A stretch of 64,000 nt of DNA from Octopus vulgaris (lineage: Eukaryota): positions 186,001-250,000 of the forward strand of contig OX597822.1 in NCBI GenBank assembly GCA_951406725.2, read 5' to 3'. This document shows positions 39,173 through 52,786 of the stretch, piece by piece. The translations under genes and the position numbers were made by a program. Position 1 is the stretch's first letter, and each line of letters begins with the position of its first letter. The notes beneath the pieces are model-generated. The model searched no databases, was not told the origin of the DNA, and saw nothing but the letters and a program-made list of their open reading frames with translations.

Positions 39173-42100
39173 AGATACACATGCGTGCATGATTACATGT
39201 ATGTTTGTGTCTGCTTCTCTTGACATGATGTGATAGTCGTAAATGAATGTTATTGTTACAGAAGTGCTATCAGTTGATTGGTTGTTTCCAGTCTTCCGAG
39301 AAGGCATGTCCTGGAATGGAATGAAAACAGGTGAGTTTTAGTGACAAGAAGGGCATCTGGTTGTAGAACATGTATGTATCTCAATAAATTTTGTCTTGCC
39401 AGTGTAAGCTTGGAAAGGAGGACATTAAAAGAAAACAATTGTATGTGTGTACATAGATATACACATGCATAAAAATACAGGGGTTGGACAAAATAATTGG
39501 AACATGTGTTAAATTTAATGAATATTTATTTAATACAGAGTTGGTCCTCTTTTAGCTTTCTGAACAGCTTCATTGGATCTAGGAATTGATTCATACAACT
39601 TCCTGACTTCATTGAGAGGCATCTTGAGCCATTCTTCCTGCAAAACCTGCTCCAGTTATTGTAGACACAATAGTGGAGGGTAACGACTTCTAACTTGTCA
39701 CCCCAAGATGCACCACAGATGCTCAATAATATTAAGATCTGGAGATTGAGTGGAGGGAGGGGGCCACTCCATGTGTTGTAGCTCACTACTATGCTCTTCA
39801 TACCGATTCTTAACCACATAAGAAGTGTGTATTGGAGCATTGTCATCTTGGAAGCTGCACTCACCATCAGGGAATATGGGAAGGACTTGATTTCCCAAAA
39901 TATTCAGATAATCATTTCTGTTGATCCTACCATGCGGGGGCACGATTGGACCAAGAGAATTTCAAGAAATGTTTAACAAAAATATACCGTAGTATTTTGA
40001 CAGCACACTGAAAATAACAAATTCAATGGGTACTATTCAAAGGAAATTAGTAGTAAGACTTGCATCACATTGAAAATGTGGAGGAAGTATAGGAACCTAA
40101 GAACATGTGATGTTAGTGATGTTTGTAATAAATAAGGTAACATGAAAGAAATATTAGCTTCAAATTTTGACACAAGGCCAGCAATTTCAGGGGAGGAGCA
40201 CAGTCGATTACATTGACCCCAGTGCTCAACTTGTACCTATTTTATCGAGCCCGAAAGGTTGAAAAGCATAGTCGACCCTGGCAGAATTTGAACTCAGAAT
40301 GTAAGGATGGATGAAATGCTGCTAAGCATTATGCCTGGTGTGCTAATGGCTCTGCCAGCTTGCCATCTTGAATAAAAGAAATATTGGAATTATATACTCA
40401 GGAGTGGCTGTGTGGTAGGTAGCTTGCTTACCAAACACATGATTCTGGGTTCAGTCCCACTGCGTGGCACTTTGGGCAAGTGTCTTCTACTATAGCCTTG
40501 GGCTGACCAAAGCCTTGTGAGTGGATTTGGTAGACGGAAACTGAAGGAAGCCCGTCGTATATATGTATATGTATATACGTGTTTGTGTGTCTGTGTTTGT
40601 CCCCCAACATTGCTTGACAACCGATGCTGGTGTGTTTATGTCCCCGTAACTTAGCGGTTTGGTAAAAGATACCGATAGAATAAGTACTAGGCTTACAAAG
40701 AATAATTTCCGGGGTCGATTTGCTCGACTAAAGGCGGTGCTCCAGCATGGCCGCAGTCAAATGACTGAAACAAGTAAAAGAGTAAAGAGAGAGTATACCA
40801 CACACACACACAGTTGCAGACATGACCATGTTGTTATAAGTTTGTTTCCCATCCACATGACTTCAGGTTCAGTCTCACTATGTGGCACCTTGGTCAAGTG
40901 TCTTCTTTATTCCTGGATTGACCAAATCCTTGTAAGTGAATTTGATAGAAAGAAACTGAAAGCACATCGTATATTTTTTTGAAGCTCATCATATATATTT
41001 CGATGCATATTTGTGTGTATCTTTGCATTTCCAACATCATCTTGTGTTTGCTTATTAATTGTAAACAATGGCCTTGCTAACCGTGTCATTTGTTTGCTGT
41101 AGGCTGTGAAAACGTGCGGGTTTCTTGACATGTTGCATGATTTTTCTAAACAGAAGGTTCATCCACACAGTTTCATGTTTCCAGTTCGCCATGTTGGCAC
41201 ATCTGGGTTGATAGCTGTTCAGTAAACTGGGAGATTATTACCCTACTAATGAGGTCACCTTGTAACTTACAATGAGCCCCTGTGAAGGAGATGGAGTGGA
41301 TGATTTAAGCAAGGTGTTTAGAGGTTCAAATATGATGGCAGGGAGTAAGAACATGCTTATTGTTTGTGGAGAAGATTCATGGTTACTTTTGTATTTTACA
41401 TGGGTGGATGGGGAAGATTGGAAGGGGGCTAATTTTTATCAATAATATTGTTTTCTGTTATCACATATCTGATGTTACATTTGGTTTTGTAATAGAATGT
41501 ATATTTTTATCTATTTACAAACATGGACTCTTTTGTGTTGATTCACCATTTGAGGAGTCCAGAGCTATACAATAAAGCTGTAGTTCCTAACCTTTTACAG
41601 GCTTCGCCTCCTTGACAACCAGACCACACTCCTAGTGCCATCTCCTCTCACTACCACAAACATAGACCACTTTTATGGTGGCGAACTGGCAGAAACATTA
41701 GCACACCGGGCGAAATGCTTAGTGGTATTTCGTCTGCCGTTACGTTCTGAGTTCAAATTCTGCCAAGGTCGACTTTGCCTTTCATCCTTTCGGGATCGAT
41801 TAATTTAAGTATCAGTTACACACTGGGGTCGATATAATCGACTTAATTCCTTTGTCTGTCCTTGTTTGTCCCCTCTATGTTTAGCCCCTTGTGGGCAAAA
41901 AAAAATTTTTTTAAATCACTTTCTGCAGCAAATTTAAAAACAGTATTTCACAAATAAAACTTAACCTAATTAACACATTATTATTTTTTTTATTAAAAAA
42001 TAAAATTTTTTTTACCATGCATTGCTCCCTTTTGGCCACCCTTTTATTGCCTACTTTTCTTCAGCACCCACACTGGATCTTTCCACTGTCCCCAAGGGGG

Positions 42101-43812
42101 CAGTATCACCCACTTTGGAAGCCACTGAAATTACATAGGCTTCACAGAAGACTCCAATTGCTATGAAAGAAGAAGAAAATAATGTGCCAGTTGCTTTGTG
42201 TAAAAGTAAATACACAAAAAAAAAAAAAAAGATGCCATGTGAGTAACCTAGTGGTACCATTTCTCTGTCTTCTTCATTCTCAGATGAAGCCCAAATGCCT
42301 AAAATGATAGATGCTATATTTGTCACTGCATTTGAATTTAATTGTACTGTTCTGTGAATCTTCCCAAGCTGTGAACAGTTTTCTCTCATTCCAGGTTCTA
42401 GCACCTGCATTAAGCAAGTCCTTTTGTATTGTTACACAACATGTTGTGATAAGTGGTGTAGCCTTGTGAAGAGGTTCATAAAAGTTTTAAGTTTTATTGC
42501 ATCCTGTAACTCTTGACTGAAGTGCAGAAATATTACTCCAGACCCTTCCAAAATCTCTATATATAAACGGCAAAATGCCTGTGTGTGTGTGTCCTTTATA
42601 CAAATTCACAATCTTTCAGTTAGAGGGTCGCACTTTCTATGGTCATTCAAAACCGTCCAAGGGTGGTCGTGCACATCTTTACATTTCCCCAGTCACCCCG
42701 TAAAGACATTAAAAAATCAATAGAAGTGATTTTTGGTGAATTTTCTATCCAAAACCCAATCAAAATACCCGAAACTTGATACGCCAATTGAATGCCAGCT
42801 AGCTGTATGTGATTGATCGGAGATTTGGACAGTACTCGCGTGTATGTGCACACGCACGCAGCTGTATATGCATGCACTAGCACTATGACCCAGCATTGCC
42901 GGGTCATAGTGCTAGTATCTTATATTATATTCTTTTCCTTTCAGCAAACAAGTGGTACAGACTTAGCTTCTCTGTTCATTAATACGTTAACCAGTTCATC
43001 TTCTCCTGTATTAGAAGACCCAGTTAGTAAGTTGTTTTCTTCTTTTCTTTACGATGCTTGCTGACTTTATTTTTTTCTCTTTCACGTTTAACTCTCTCTT
43101 CTCTACTCTCTATCCTGCACACCATTTTTTCTCTACTTAACTCTCCTTCTCCAAGTCTTTCTCCCTCCCATTCCGCCAAGTTTTTCTCTCTTTCTCTTCC
43201 TCCAGCTTTTTCTCCCTGTCTTCTCGCTCATTACCTGCCTTCTCTCCATGCTTTCCCTCCCTCTTTTCCACTATCCTTTCCCTTTTCTCTAGTCTTCCCT
43301 CATCTGTGTGTCTCCCTCCCTCCCTCTCTCTCTCTCCATTTATTAGCTCAACAAGGGAAGCTTTATATACTATCTTAACCTGCTTGAAATATCAGCCAAA
43401 TTTTTCTCAAATTACCTTCTATTGGACACATTAAATCAGTGATTCCCTGCATGGGGGATATAGGCCCACCAGTAGGGCCTGGGATAATTGTGGTGGGACA
43501 TGGGATCCAAATTTTTTTCCTTCTCTTTTTTTCAGTTTGACATAGAATTGTGAAAATGTTTTTTTCCGCAGCAAACATACTACACCTTTACACTTTTTCC
43601 AACCACTGGTGGGACGTAGACTTTTCTGGAAAATTATAGTGGGGCCTAGGGAAAAATAGGTTGAGAAACACTGCATTAGATTTTGGAGTTCTGGAAAGTC
43701 TGTGGTTGGGAAAGAAAAAAACCAAAAGGAAAAAAAAAGAAAACAGTTATAGCTGCAGCAGTTTGGATCACAGAATGACCTGTTACAACACAGTTTTTTG
43801 TATGCTGCTGCA

Positions 43813-43889
<77 letters not shown>

Positions 43890-44464
43890 CTTTGGTTATC
43901 TCTCTTCAGGAATAATGGTAATATGCAACTATGAAAATAAATTTTCATAATTGCATTTTATTGAACATATTAATTGAGATGTGAATCAAGCTACACTTAA
44001 CTCCTCCTTCTTCCCCCGATTCTTCCTATCTTCTGATTCCTTCCATCTCCCTCTCAGTAAATTAATCAATATTCTATAGTGTTCTATTGATTGGCTGTTT
44101 TTTTTTTTTTGAAATCCATGCTTCACTGCTTATGAGTAACAAAAACCCGAAGCTCAGTAACAACTCCATCAATCCTTCTACCAACCAACCAGCAGCAGCA
44201 GCAACTGACTGACTGGCCACTTCACCCAGTCACCCACCCACTGATCCAGTCCACCCTCATATCCATTCAGCCAAGCAACAAACCAGCCACCCAACATTTT
44301 TATCCATTGGAAATCCTTCCTGCTGATGTTGACCTTACCTTTCATTCTTCCCATATTCATAAATTAGCACCATTTGTACAATAGGTTAATTTAATCCCAT
44401 ACCCACAATACCTTGTTTGAATTGCTTGAAAGAAACTTTTTAGAAACTCATCTCTCTCCCTCTT

Positions 44465-44527
<63 letters not shown>

Positions 44528-45201
44528 ATGCAGGTATAAGTTAGAGGTGTTTAAAACCTCTAAGGGATAGATCTATCCAAAGGCACTCTTGGTAATTACC
44601 TCAGTCGATATAGTTCTTGGTAAAAGGTATACGGTAGCAGGTAATTTAGCATATAAACCGTAGTTTACAGACGAAAAGAAAATGGAGGAAAAATATAGAC
44701 AAAAAAAAAATGGAGGAAAAATAACAATAAGAAGTGTGTCTTTTGCGCTAGGAAGACACACTTCTTATTGTTATTTTTCCTCCATTTTCTTTTCATCTAT
44801 ATATAGAGAGTGCCTACTTTTCATGCTCCCATGGGTTAGATGGTTCGACTGGATCTGCACTAGGCTTCAGTCAGATTTGGCATGATTTCTATGGCTGGAT
44901 GCCCTTCCTAATACCAACCACTCCAACAATGTAATGTGTGGTTTTTACATGCCACCGGCATGCGTGCTAGTTACGTGATACTGGCATTGGCCACAACTAC
45001 AATTTCACTTGGCTTGATGAGTCTTCTGAAGCACAGCTTATTGCCAAAGGTCTCAATCACTTGTCATCATCTCTATGACGTCCAACTTTCGAAGATCATG
45101 CTTCATCACCTTGTCATGTCTTCCTGGGTCTACCTCTTCCACAGGTTCCCTCCACATTTAGAGATTGGCACTTCATTACACAGCTGTCCTCATCCATTTT
45201 A

Positions 45202-45241
<40 letters not shown>

Positions 45242-48200
45242 TATGGTATATTCTGTTAAGAACGTAGTAGATACAGTATAAAGCTTGTCTACCTTCAGAT
45301 TTACTCTGTGCTAACCAGTAGTGGTATTATATGTACTTCCAGGTTTGCGTTTGGGCTTCTGTTGTGTGTGAATAGATAATTGAAGAAACTGGAGTTGATT
45401 CTAATTTTTCCAATTATATACACACACACACACGTTTTGCGACATTCCTGATGTGAAAACCTGTTGAAACAGATATTGTTGTACTTGGGGATACTCTTTT
45501 ACTTGTTTCAGTCATTTGTCTGTGGCCATGCTGGAGCACCGCCTTTAATCGAGCAACTCGACCCCGGGACTTATTCTTTTGTAAGCCCAGTACTTATTCA
45601 ATCGGTCTCTTTTGCCGAACCGCTAAGTAACGGGGACATAAACACACCAGCATCGGTTGTCAAGCAATGCTAGGGGGACAAACACAGACACACAAACACA
45701 TATATATATATATACATATATACGACAGGCTTCTTTCAGTTTCCGTCTACCAAATCCACTCACAAGGCTTTGGTTGGCCCGAGGCTATAGTAGAAGACAC
45801 TTGCCCAAGGTACCACGCAGTGGGACTGAACCCGGAACCATGTGGTTGGTAAACAAGCTACTTACCACACAGCCACTCCTGGTCACCTTTTCCAATTAAA
45901 CACACGCTATTTATTTGATCTTCCTTTTAATTTTATTATTATTTTTGTTTTAGTTTATTTGTCCATCAACGTTCTTGTCACATATTCTGTCACCTCTTCA
46001 GTGACTCTCTGTTCCATGTTTCTCCAAATAAACTAAAAAAAAAAATATTGTAATAAAACTAAAGAGGGGATCAAATAAATAGTGAGTGTGTTTAATTGGC
46101 AAAAGATGACCATCCCCAAGCATAACAGTATATATTTATATTGTTGCTATTATGCAAAAGTGTTGTAAGTTCAAAAATGTTGTTTTTTCAGAAGATGAAA
46201 AAATAGTTTCACCATTCAATAGCAAAACTGTTGTACTACACTTTGACAATTTTTGATATCTTGGCATCTGAAGCAGCTGGAGATATGATGGTTTGAGAAA
46301 AATAACAGGCTATTGCTAGTAAAAATAAATATTGAAAAAAAAAAAACATTAGGCCAAATTTGGACATACAACAGTTTAACATAATAGCAACAATATATAT
46401 ATATATAGAGAGAGAGATATATATCAGCTCTTATAATGCAAACATTATTGGTGTCGCATACTTAATACAGGTGTTTTCTTTAAACACTTATTACTTGTGG
46501 AATTTCGTAAAGGGAAAATCCATTTAAGACACCGAGTACTTAAAAACAGTGGATACTTCAAAAGGAGGGGAAACAAATAACCTGAAGGTGAACTAAAACG
46601 GTGGGTATCAATTCTTTTGTATATTATTAGCAGAGAATGTCAACCTAATATCACCATTTCTTTTTCTTCAGTTTTGTTGAAGGATACAGAATGTAAATAT
46701 TCACACAAGTATGTATTTTTTGGTAAAGTTGTTCTCTTAGCTTTAAGAAGGTGACTCTAGGCTTCTAGTGTGCATTTGTGTAATCCAGCTCCTCTTGAGT
46801 TCATTGAAGCATTTGAACCCAACATTGTAAGCTAAGGGAGTTATATATTGTCTCTGCTGTTTCTAATTGTGAACTGTTGTACCTATTTGTGCCACTTTGT
46901 ATATATTTGTCAACTAAGTCAAGATAACCATTGAGAGTTCAGTGCTATTGCTAAGTACACTATGAAATACCTGTGTTAGGAATTAAATTGTTAATTCTTT
47001 TACTGGTATTTTGGTACTCCAGTTACATTGATACTTATGGCTATGATGTTCTTAATACTTGGTAATTGCTATACATAAGCTAGATTATCAGGGACCAGTT
47101 TTGTTAATGAATGACAGAAGATTTTGATAATGTAGTATGTTAATAGAAAAGCCCCAAGAAACTGAATAATCACCATCCATACTTGGCTTCATAATGTAGA
47201 GTAGCCCTAAATTCTCCCTATATAACCCTCCTTATCATTTTTCCACTCAGTTTCCTGTCATCTTTTTCTCAATAGTTCCTGACACTAATCCTTTTCCATT
47301 ACCCTGTTCCCTGCCATACTCCTCTTCCCAACTTAGTGCCTACTATATTATTATTATTACTTTCTCCTTTTCCACCCTATCACAACTATAAATCTGTTCC
47401 TTTCACTTACCTTCTCTTATCACCCACCTAGAATCATTGCTCCCTCTCCTAATCTCTGTTATAAAGAACCACTTTAGGCCCTTATTCTTGCAAGTTACAA
47501 GGCAATTTTCATTAGTGCTGGTATCACAAAAGCTAAAAAGCATCCAATACTTTCTGCAAAGTGAGCATTAGGAAGAGCTTCCAGTTGCAGGGACAATGGA
47601 GCATGATGCAGTAATCTGATTTGTCAGATCCTGTTGAACCATCCAACATATGACAGCATGGAAGCTAGATGTTAAACAATGTTTATGATGATAATGACAA
47701 CAATAGTTTGCTCATCAATATTTGATGATGGTCTAACAGTGCTAGACAAGCACAAAATTATTTTTTTTTTAATAAAAATGAGAAAGAGTGCCATGCACAT
47801 CTGATTCACTTTTCCTACCTGATATGTCCAGAAGCAAGGTAAAATCAAGACAGCTGTGTGTGGTATCAGTTTGTTTTCAACAGCTAGGCTACAATGATTA
47901 GATAGTAAAGGAATAATTATTTTAAGATCCTAAAACTAAGGTGTCATGTGGAAATTACTGGTGCCAAAAAAAAGCATCAAATACACTCTGGAGTTGTTGA
48001 CATTAAGGAATGGAATCTAGGTGTAGAAACCAAGACAAAATCTGTCTTATGGAATCTGGTGTGGCCCCTGGCTTTGCCAGTCCTTGTCAAGCTGTCCAAC
48101 CCATGCCAGCCTGGAAAACGGACGTTAAATATTGATGATGATGAAAATATCTAATTAATTTAGAATTATTTTAGTCCCAACACATGATCCCTGATCAAAT

Positions 48201-50271
48201 CATTTAAAAAAAAGAAGGGTAATTCACAAATTTCAGTATCTTTCCAATTACAAAAATGTATTCTTGCTTCTTTATATATCTTTCTCAAGTACAAAATTTC
48301 ATTTACATAATTACTTAATTTCCAATTCATTTTACATTTCTTTCTTTTATTTTTTCTTCTTCTTCAGATAAAGTAGCTCATTTGTTTCAATGCATGGAAA
48401 GTGACAACCCTGGCCGGCAGGTTTATTTAATCGAGTCCATAAACTGGACTATCAAAGTTGACCCTAAGTACAAATCAGGTCATCCTATTTTACACAAGAA
48501 GTATGGTCTTATTTTCTGGACAGGTAAATATCTCTATTTGTGCTGTCTCTTATGTTGTATATATCTATCTATCTATCTGTCTGTCTCCAATCAATCTTTC
48601 TTCTTCTCTCTCTCTTTCAATATATATATATAAATATAATATGTGACAATTATTCGGTAGCCCTGATAAAACTCCGAGTTTCGGTATCCGAAACTCGGAG
48701 TTTTATCATGGCTACCGAATAATTGTCACATATTACATTTACAGATAAATTCCTCTATTTGCATAATATCGAGGTCTCTTTCATTCTTTTGTTGTCTTAC
48801 CATTTTTATCACTATGTATATATATATATATATACACACACACATATACATACTTGTCGGACCCTCTTGGACTGTCCAACGTGTGCCACCAGCACGGAAG
48901 GTGGACTATATCACATTAAAATGCCGGTGTCTAACGTTTCTAATAAAAAAAAAACAAAGAAAAACACTGTGAACGTCCAACAGGCTGTGAAGGGAGGTAA
49001 CTTTTAACAGCAGGCTTTAGCACCGCCATTTCCACGTATTACATTTTCTGTCTTTGGCAATTTGAGCGGCAGAAGACAGCCTCGCTCTATTGGCTCCGTC
49101 TCTTTGCAATCGAAGCTCAAATCCCGCCGAGGTTCTCTTTACCTTTCATTTCTCTCAGAGTCATAAAGTAAAAAAAAAGTACCAGTTTAGGGTGGTAAGA
49201 ATGTCAGAATATGTCTTGTGGTATTTGTTCCAGCTCTTTTCGTTCTGAGTTCAATTCCTTATATGGCCTACATGACTGGTAGACTTTTCCCCCTCTTTGT
49301 TCCATCAGCTGGCAGCTTGGGTGCCTTTAGTAAAGTCCAGTCTGTTGCATTTGTTTGGCCAGATCTTTGGTTTGAGGAGACTGTCCCTGTGTCTGACCAA
49401 TCTTGAGACCCCTGGTAAAGGGTCATGGGCATTGTCTTCTCTCCTGATGAAAAGATAAAAAAAACTAAAAAAAACGTTGCCACAGTGGTTAAGAACTCCG
49501 CTTGTGATTACAGGTTCAGTCCTACTGCACAACATTTTGGCCAAGTGTCTACTATGGGTCCCAGGCGGGCCAATGCATTGTGAGTAAATTTAGTAGGCTG
49601 AAGCCTGTTGTGTGTGTTCGTGCCTGTACACACTTGACCGTCCCACCACTGTTTGATAACCAGTGCTGGCATGTTTATACCCCAGTAACTTAGTAGTTTG
49701 ATAAAGAGATTGTTAAAATATGTATCAAACTTTTAAAAAAAAAAGTACTGGGATTGATTTGTTCAACTAAACTCTTCATGCTGGTGCTTTAGCATTGTCA
49801 TTGTCCAGTGACTAAAACAAGTAAAAGACATGTTAAGCAGTGTCATATAAAAAGCACTCATGTCGGTGCCATGTGAAGGCGCTCGTGCCAGTAGCATGTT
49901 AAAAGTACCAAGCACACACTGTAAAGTGGTTGGCATTAGGAAGGGTATCCAACCATAGAACCCATGCCAAATCAGACAGGAACATGGTGCAGCTCTCTCG
50001 CTTGCCAGCTGTGGTCAAACCATCTGATCCATGGAAAATGGACATTAAAGAATGATGATCTCAGTACTTAATTCACTGGCTGGCACATTCACAACCATTT
50101 ACAAACTGTAGTAGTTGTGTTAACAGTAACATACCAGTTATAGTCTGTTCATTCAACCCCTACTGTCACAGACATCCTGTAAATGCCAGGCCTGCCATCC
50201 TCCCTCCTTTGACTATGCCATAAAAAAAAATAAATGAAACAGGGTATAGAAGGGGTGTGACTAGTCAGTTT

Positions 50272-50302
<31 letters not shown>

Positions 50303-52730
50303 GGAAAATAAATGGCATTTCAGTGATCCTATGGTTGAAATTTGTTGTTGGTTTGTGATAAAGAAGATAGAGAGAAGAAGAGACATTCTGATGTGATGTT
50401 GTGGTTGGAACTAATTGTGATATCTGTGATCTTTTCAGTTGATGATATCTAGGAATAATTTTTCTCCACGTTTTTTTCCCTTTACAGAAAAGAATTATGA
50501 GCAAGCTCGGTACCATTTCCTGCACTCAACAGATGGTGCCAACACTGCTGCTCTACTCATTGAATATCACGTATCTCGGGGATTTCCTAGCGAGGTCGAC
50601 TTATTTATTGCCCAAGCTGTGTTGCAGTGAGTTGCTTATTTCTGTAATATGTATATATCTGTGTGTGTGTGTGTGTGTGTTAATATATATACCTTTTTCA
50701 ATATTCATCTCTTTTTCCACTTTAATTTCCAGCTCCATACTGATTTCTCCCACCTCACTCTTGTATAATGTGAGCAGCCCTGTATCTGCTTTACAACAAG
50801 AAACCCATTCTGCGCTCACCCTTCCTACATACTCTAACCTTTCATTACCTGGCATAAATTTACCTCCCTCTCTACTAGCCTTACTCAGTTGATGAGGGTT
50901 TTAGTCTTGTGAGCCACATAGCAACCACATTAGTCCTGCTGCTATGAAAGAAAAAAAGCATCCAGTAAGTAAACTGTAATGTGATTGGCGTTTGGAGGGT
51001 CATCAAACTCTAGAAACCATGCCAAAACAGATATTAGAACATGATGCAGTCCTATGACCCATTAGATTTTGTTGAATCGTCCAACCCATGCCAGCATGGA
51101 AGACAGACGTTAAAAGTGAATGGTGAATTACTTGGCATAAAATTTGGAGTGAAGGAATGGCACCTATTGTCAGTCAATCAAATAGCGAGAAGAGTTATCT
51201 TCCTTGTTTAATGGCACAAAATAGTGACTAGAGCTATCCTCTTTGTGCTATACCCCACTTCAGTTTTTCAAAAAAAGCATGGGTCCCACCATATATGGAC
51301 AAAGTCAGTACACACAAATTTTCAAATAAAGGTTTAATTAAAACTTTATTGCAAATTTTATTTAGTCATTACCTACTTACTCTCCATTTTGAAGTAACCC
51401 CCATCCTACCAAGATATTGTCATGTCCCTGCCAGTGGGGGCAGGTGTGCTCCCTCTCCCTCAACACTGGACTAAAGCAGAGTTTGATTTCATAACGACGT
51501 AGGTCAGTAAGACAAACAATTGTATTGATCATTGTATGTTATTGAACATCACTGACAAGTGGAGAAGTATCTCAAGGTGATATTCATAAATGATGGTAAG
51601 TCAGAAGCTGAACTGGATGGTCTTCAGAAGAGGAGAAGTTGGTTGAAATGCTAAACTCACTATCTTCTGTTTGTTTTCTCATGCCTATCCTCACCTATGG
51701 TCATGAATGTGGGGTATTGACCAAAAGAGTAAGACTGAAATGCGGTTCATTCACACGGTCTTCAGAGTAACATTTCTTGGCCATTTACATAACTTGGAGA
51801 TCAGGAAGTCTCGCCAAGTGGAGCTGCTACTTCTCTGCACTGAGAAGTCACAGTTCCAGCATTATAGACAAGTGATTAGAATGTCTCAAAAAAACAATTG
51901 CAAGATGAATTCTTCAAGTTGAGCCAACTAGCAGGAGACCCAACGGGAGACTAAGAACAGGATAGTTGGATGATATCCATAGTCTCAGTTGGTTAAACTT
52001 GGGGATCCGACTGCTTCTGAAATAGAACCTTGTGGAGGAGGCACCCTAGGACTATTTCTCCATGACCCAAAAATAATGGCCAGAGAAGATTGATAGACTG
52101 ATGGATTAACTATATGTTACTTAATTTTTCACCTCATAACATTTTTGTTTAACCCTTTAATATTGAATCTGGCCAATCCAGCCCAAGTATTATACCTATT
52201 TTATGTACTGACTGACCATATTCAGCCTCTCACACAAACCCTATAATGCCATACTAAAATTAAACAGGCACATCATCAAAATCTCAAAGCTAAGAGATAA
52301 TGCATGGATAATTCAAAACAATGTGAATAAATCAGTATTACATTAGACAGAATAATATGACTACTAAAGGGTTAATATCCCTCTTGTTATGAGTGAAGTG
52401 GATTTGTATTGAAGTAATTACTTTAACAACATACTTTGGACCCAGGTTGCAATATGGCTTGCTCAGGGATCTCAGTACAATAGTTATGTTGCTAGAGATC
52501 CTGTATTTGGATCTCACTTTTATACAAATCTATATTTTGTTAAAAACTGTTTTTATTTTTCAGGTTCTTGTGCCTTCAAAATAAAGATACAGCTAATGTT
52601 GTATTCTTGAAGTACACCAAGGAACATCCTCACCTGAAAAAAGGACCACCTTTCCTGATGCCATTATTGAACTTCATTTGGTTTTTGCTCTTAGCTTTGG
52701 ACACGTAAGTATAGATTATTCATGGCTGAG

Positions 52731-52786
<56 letters not shown>

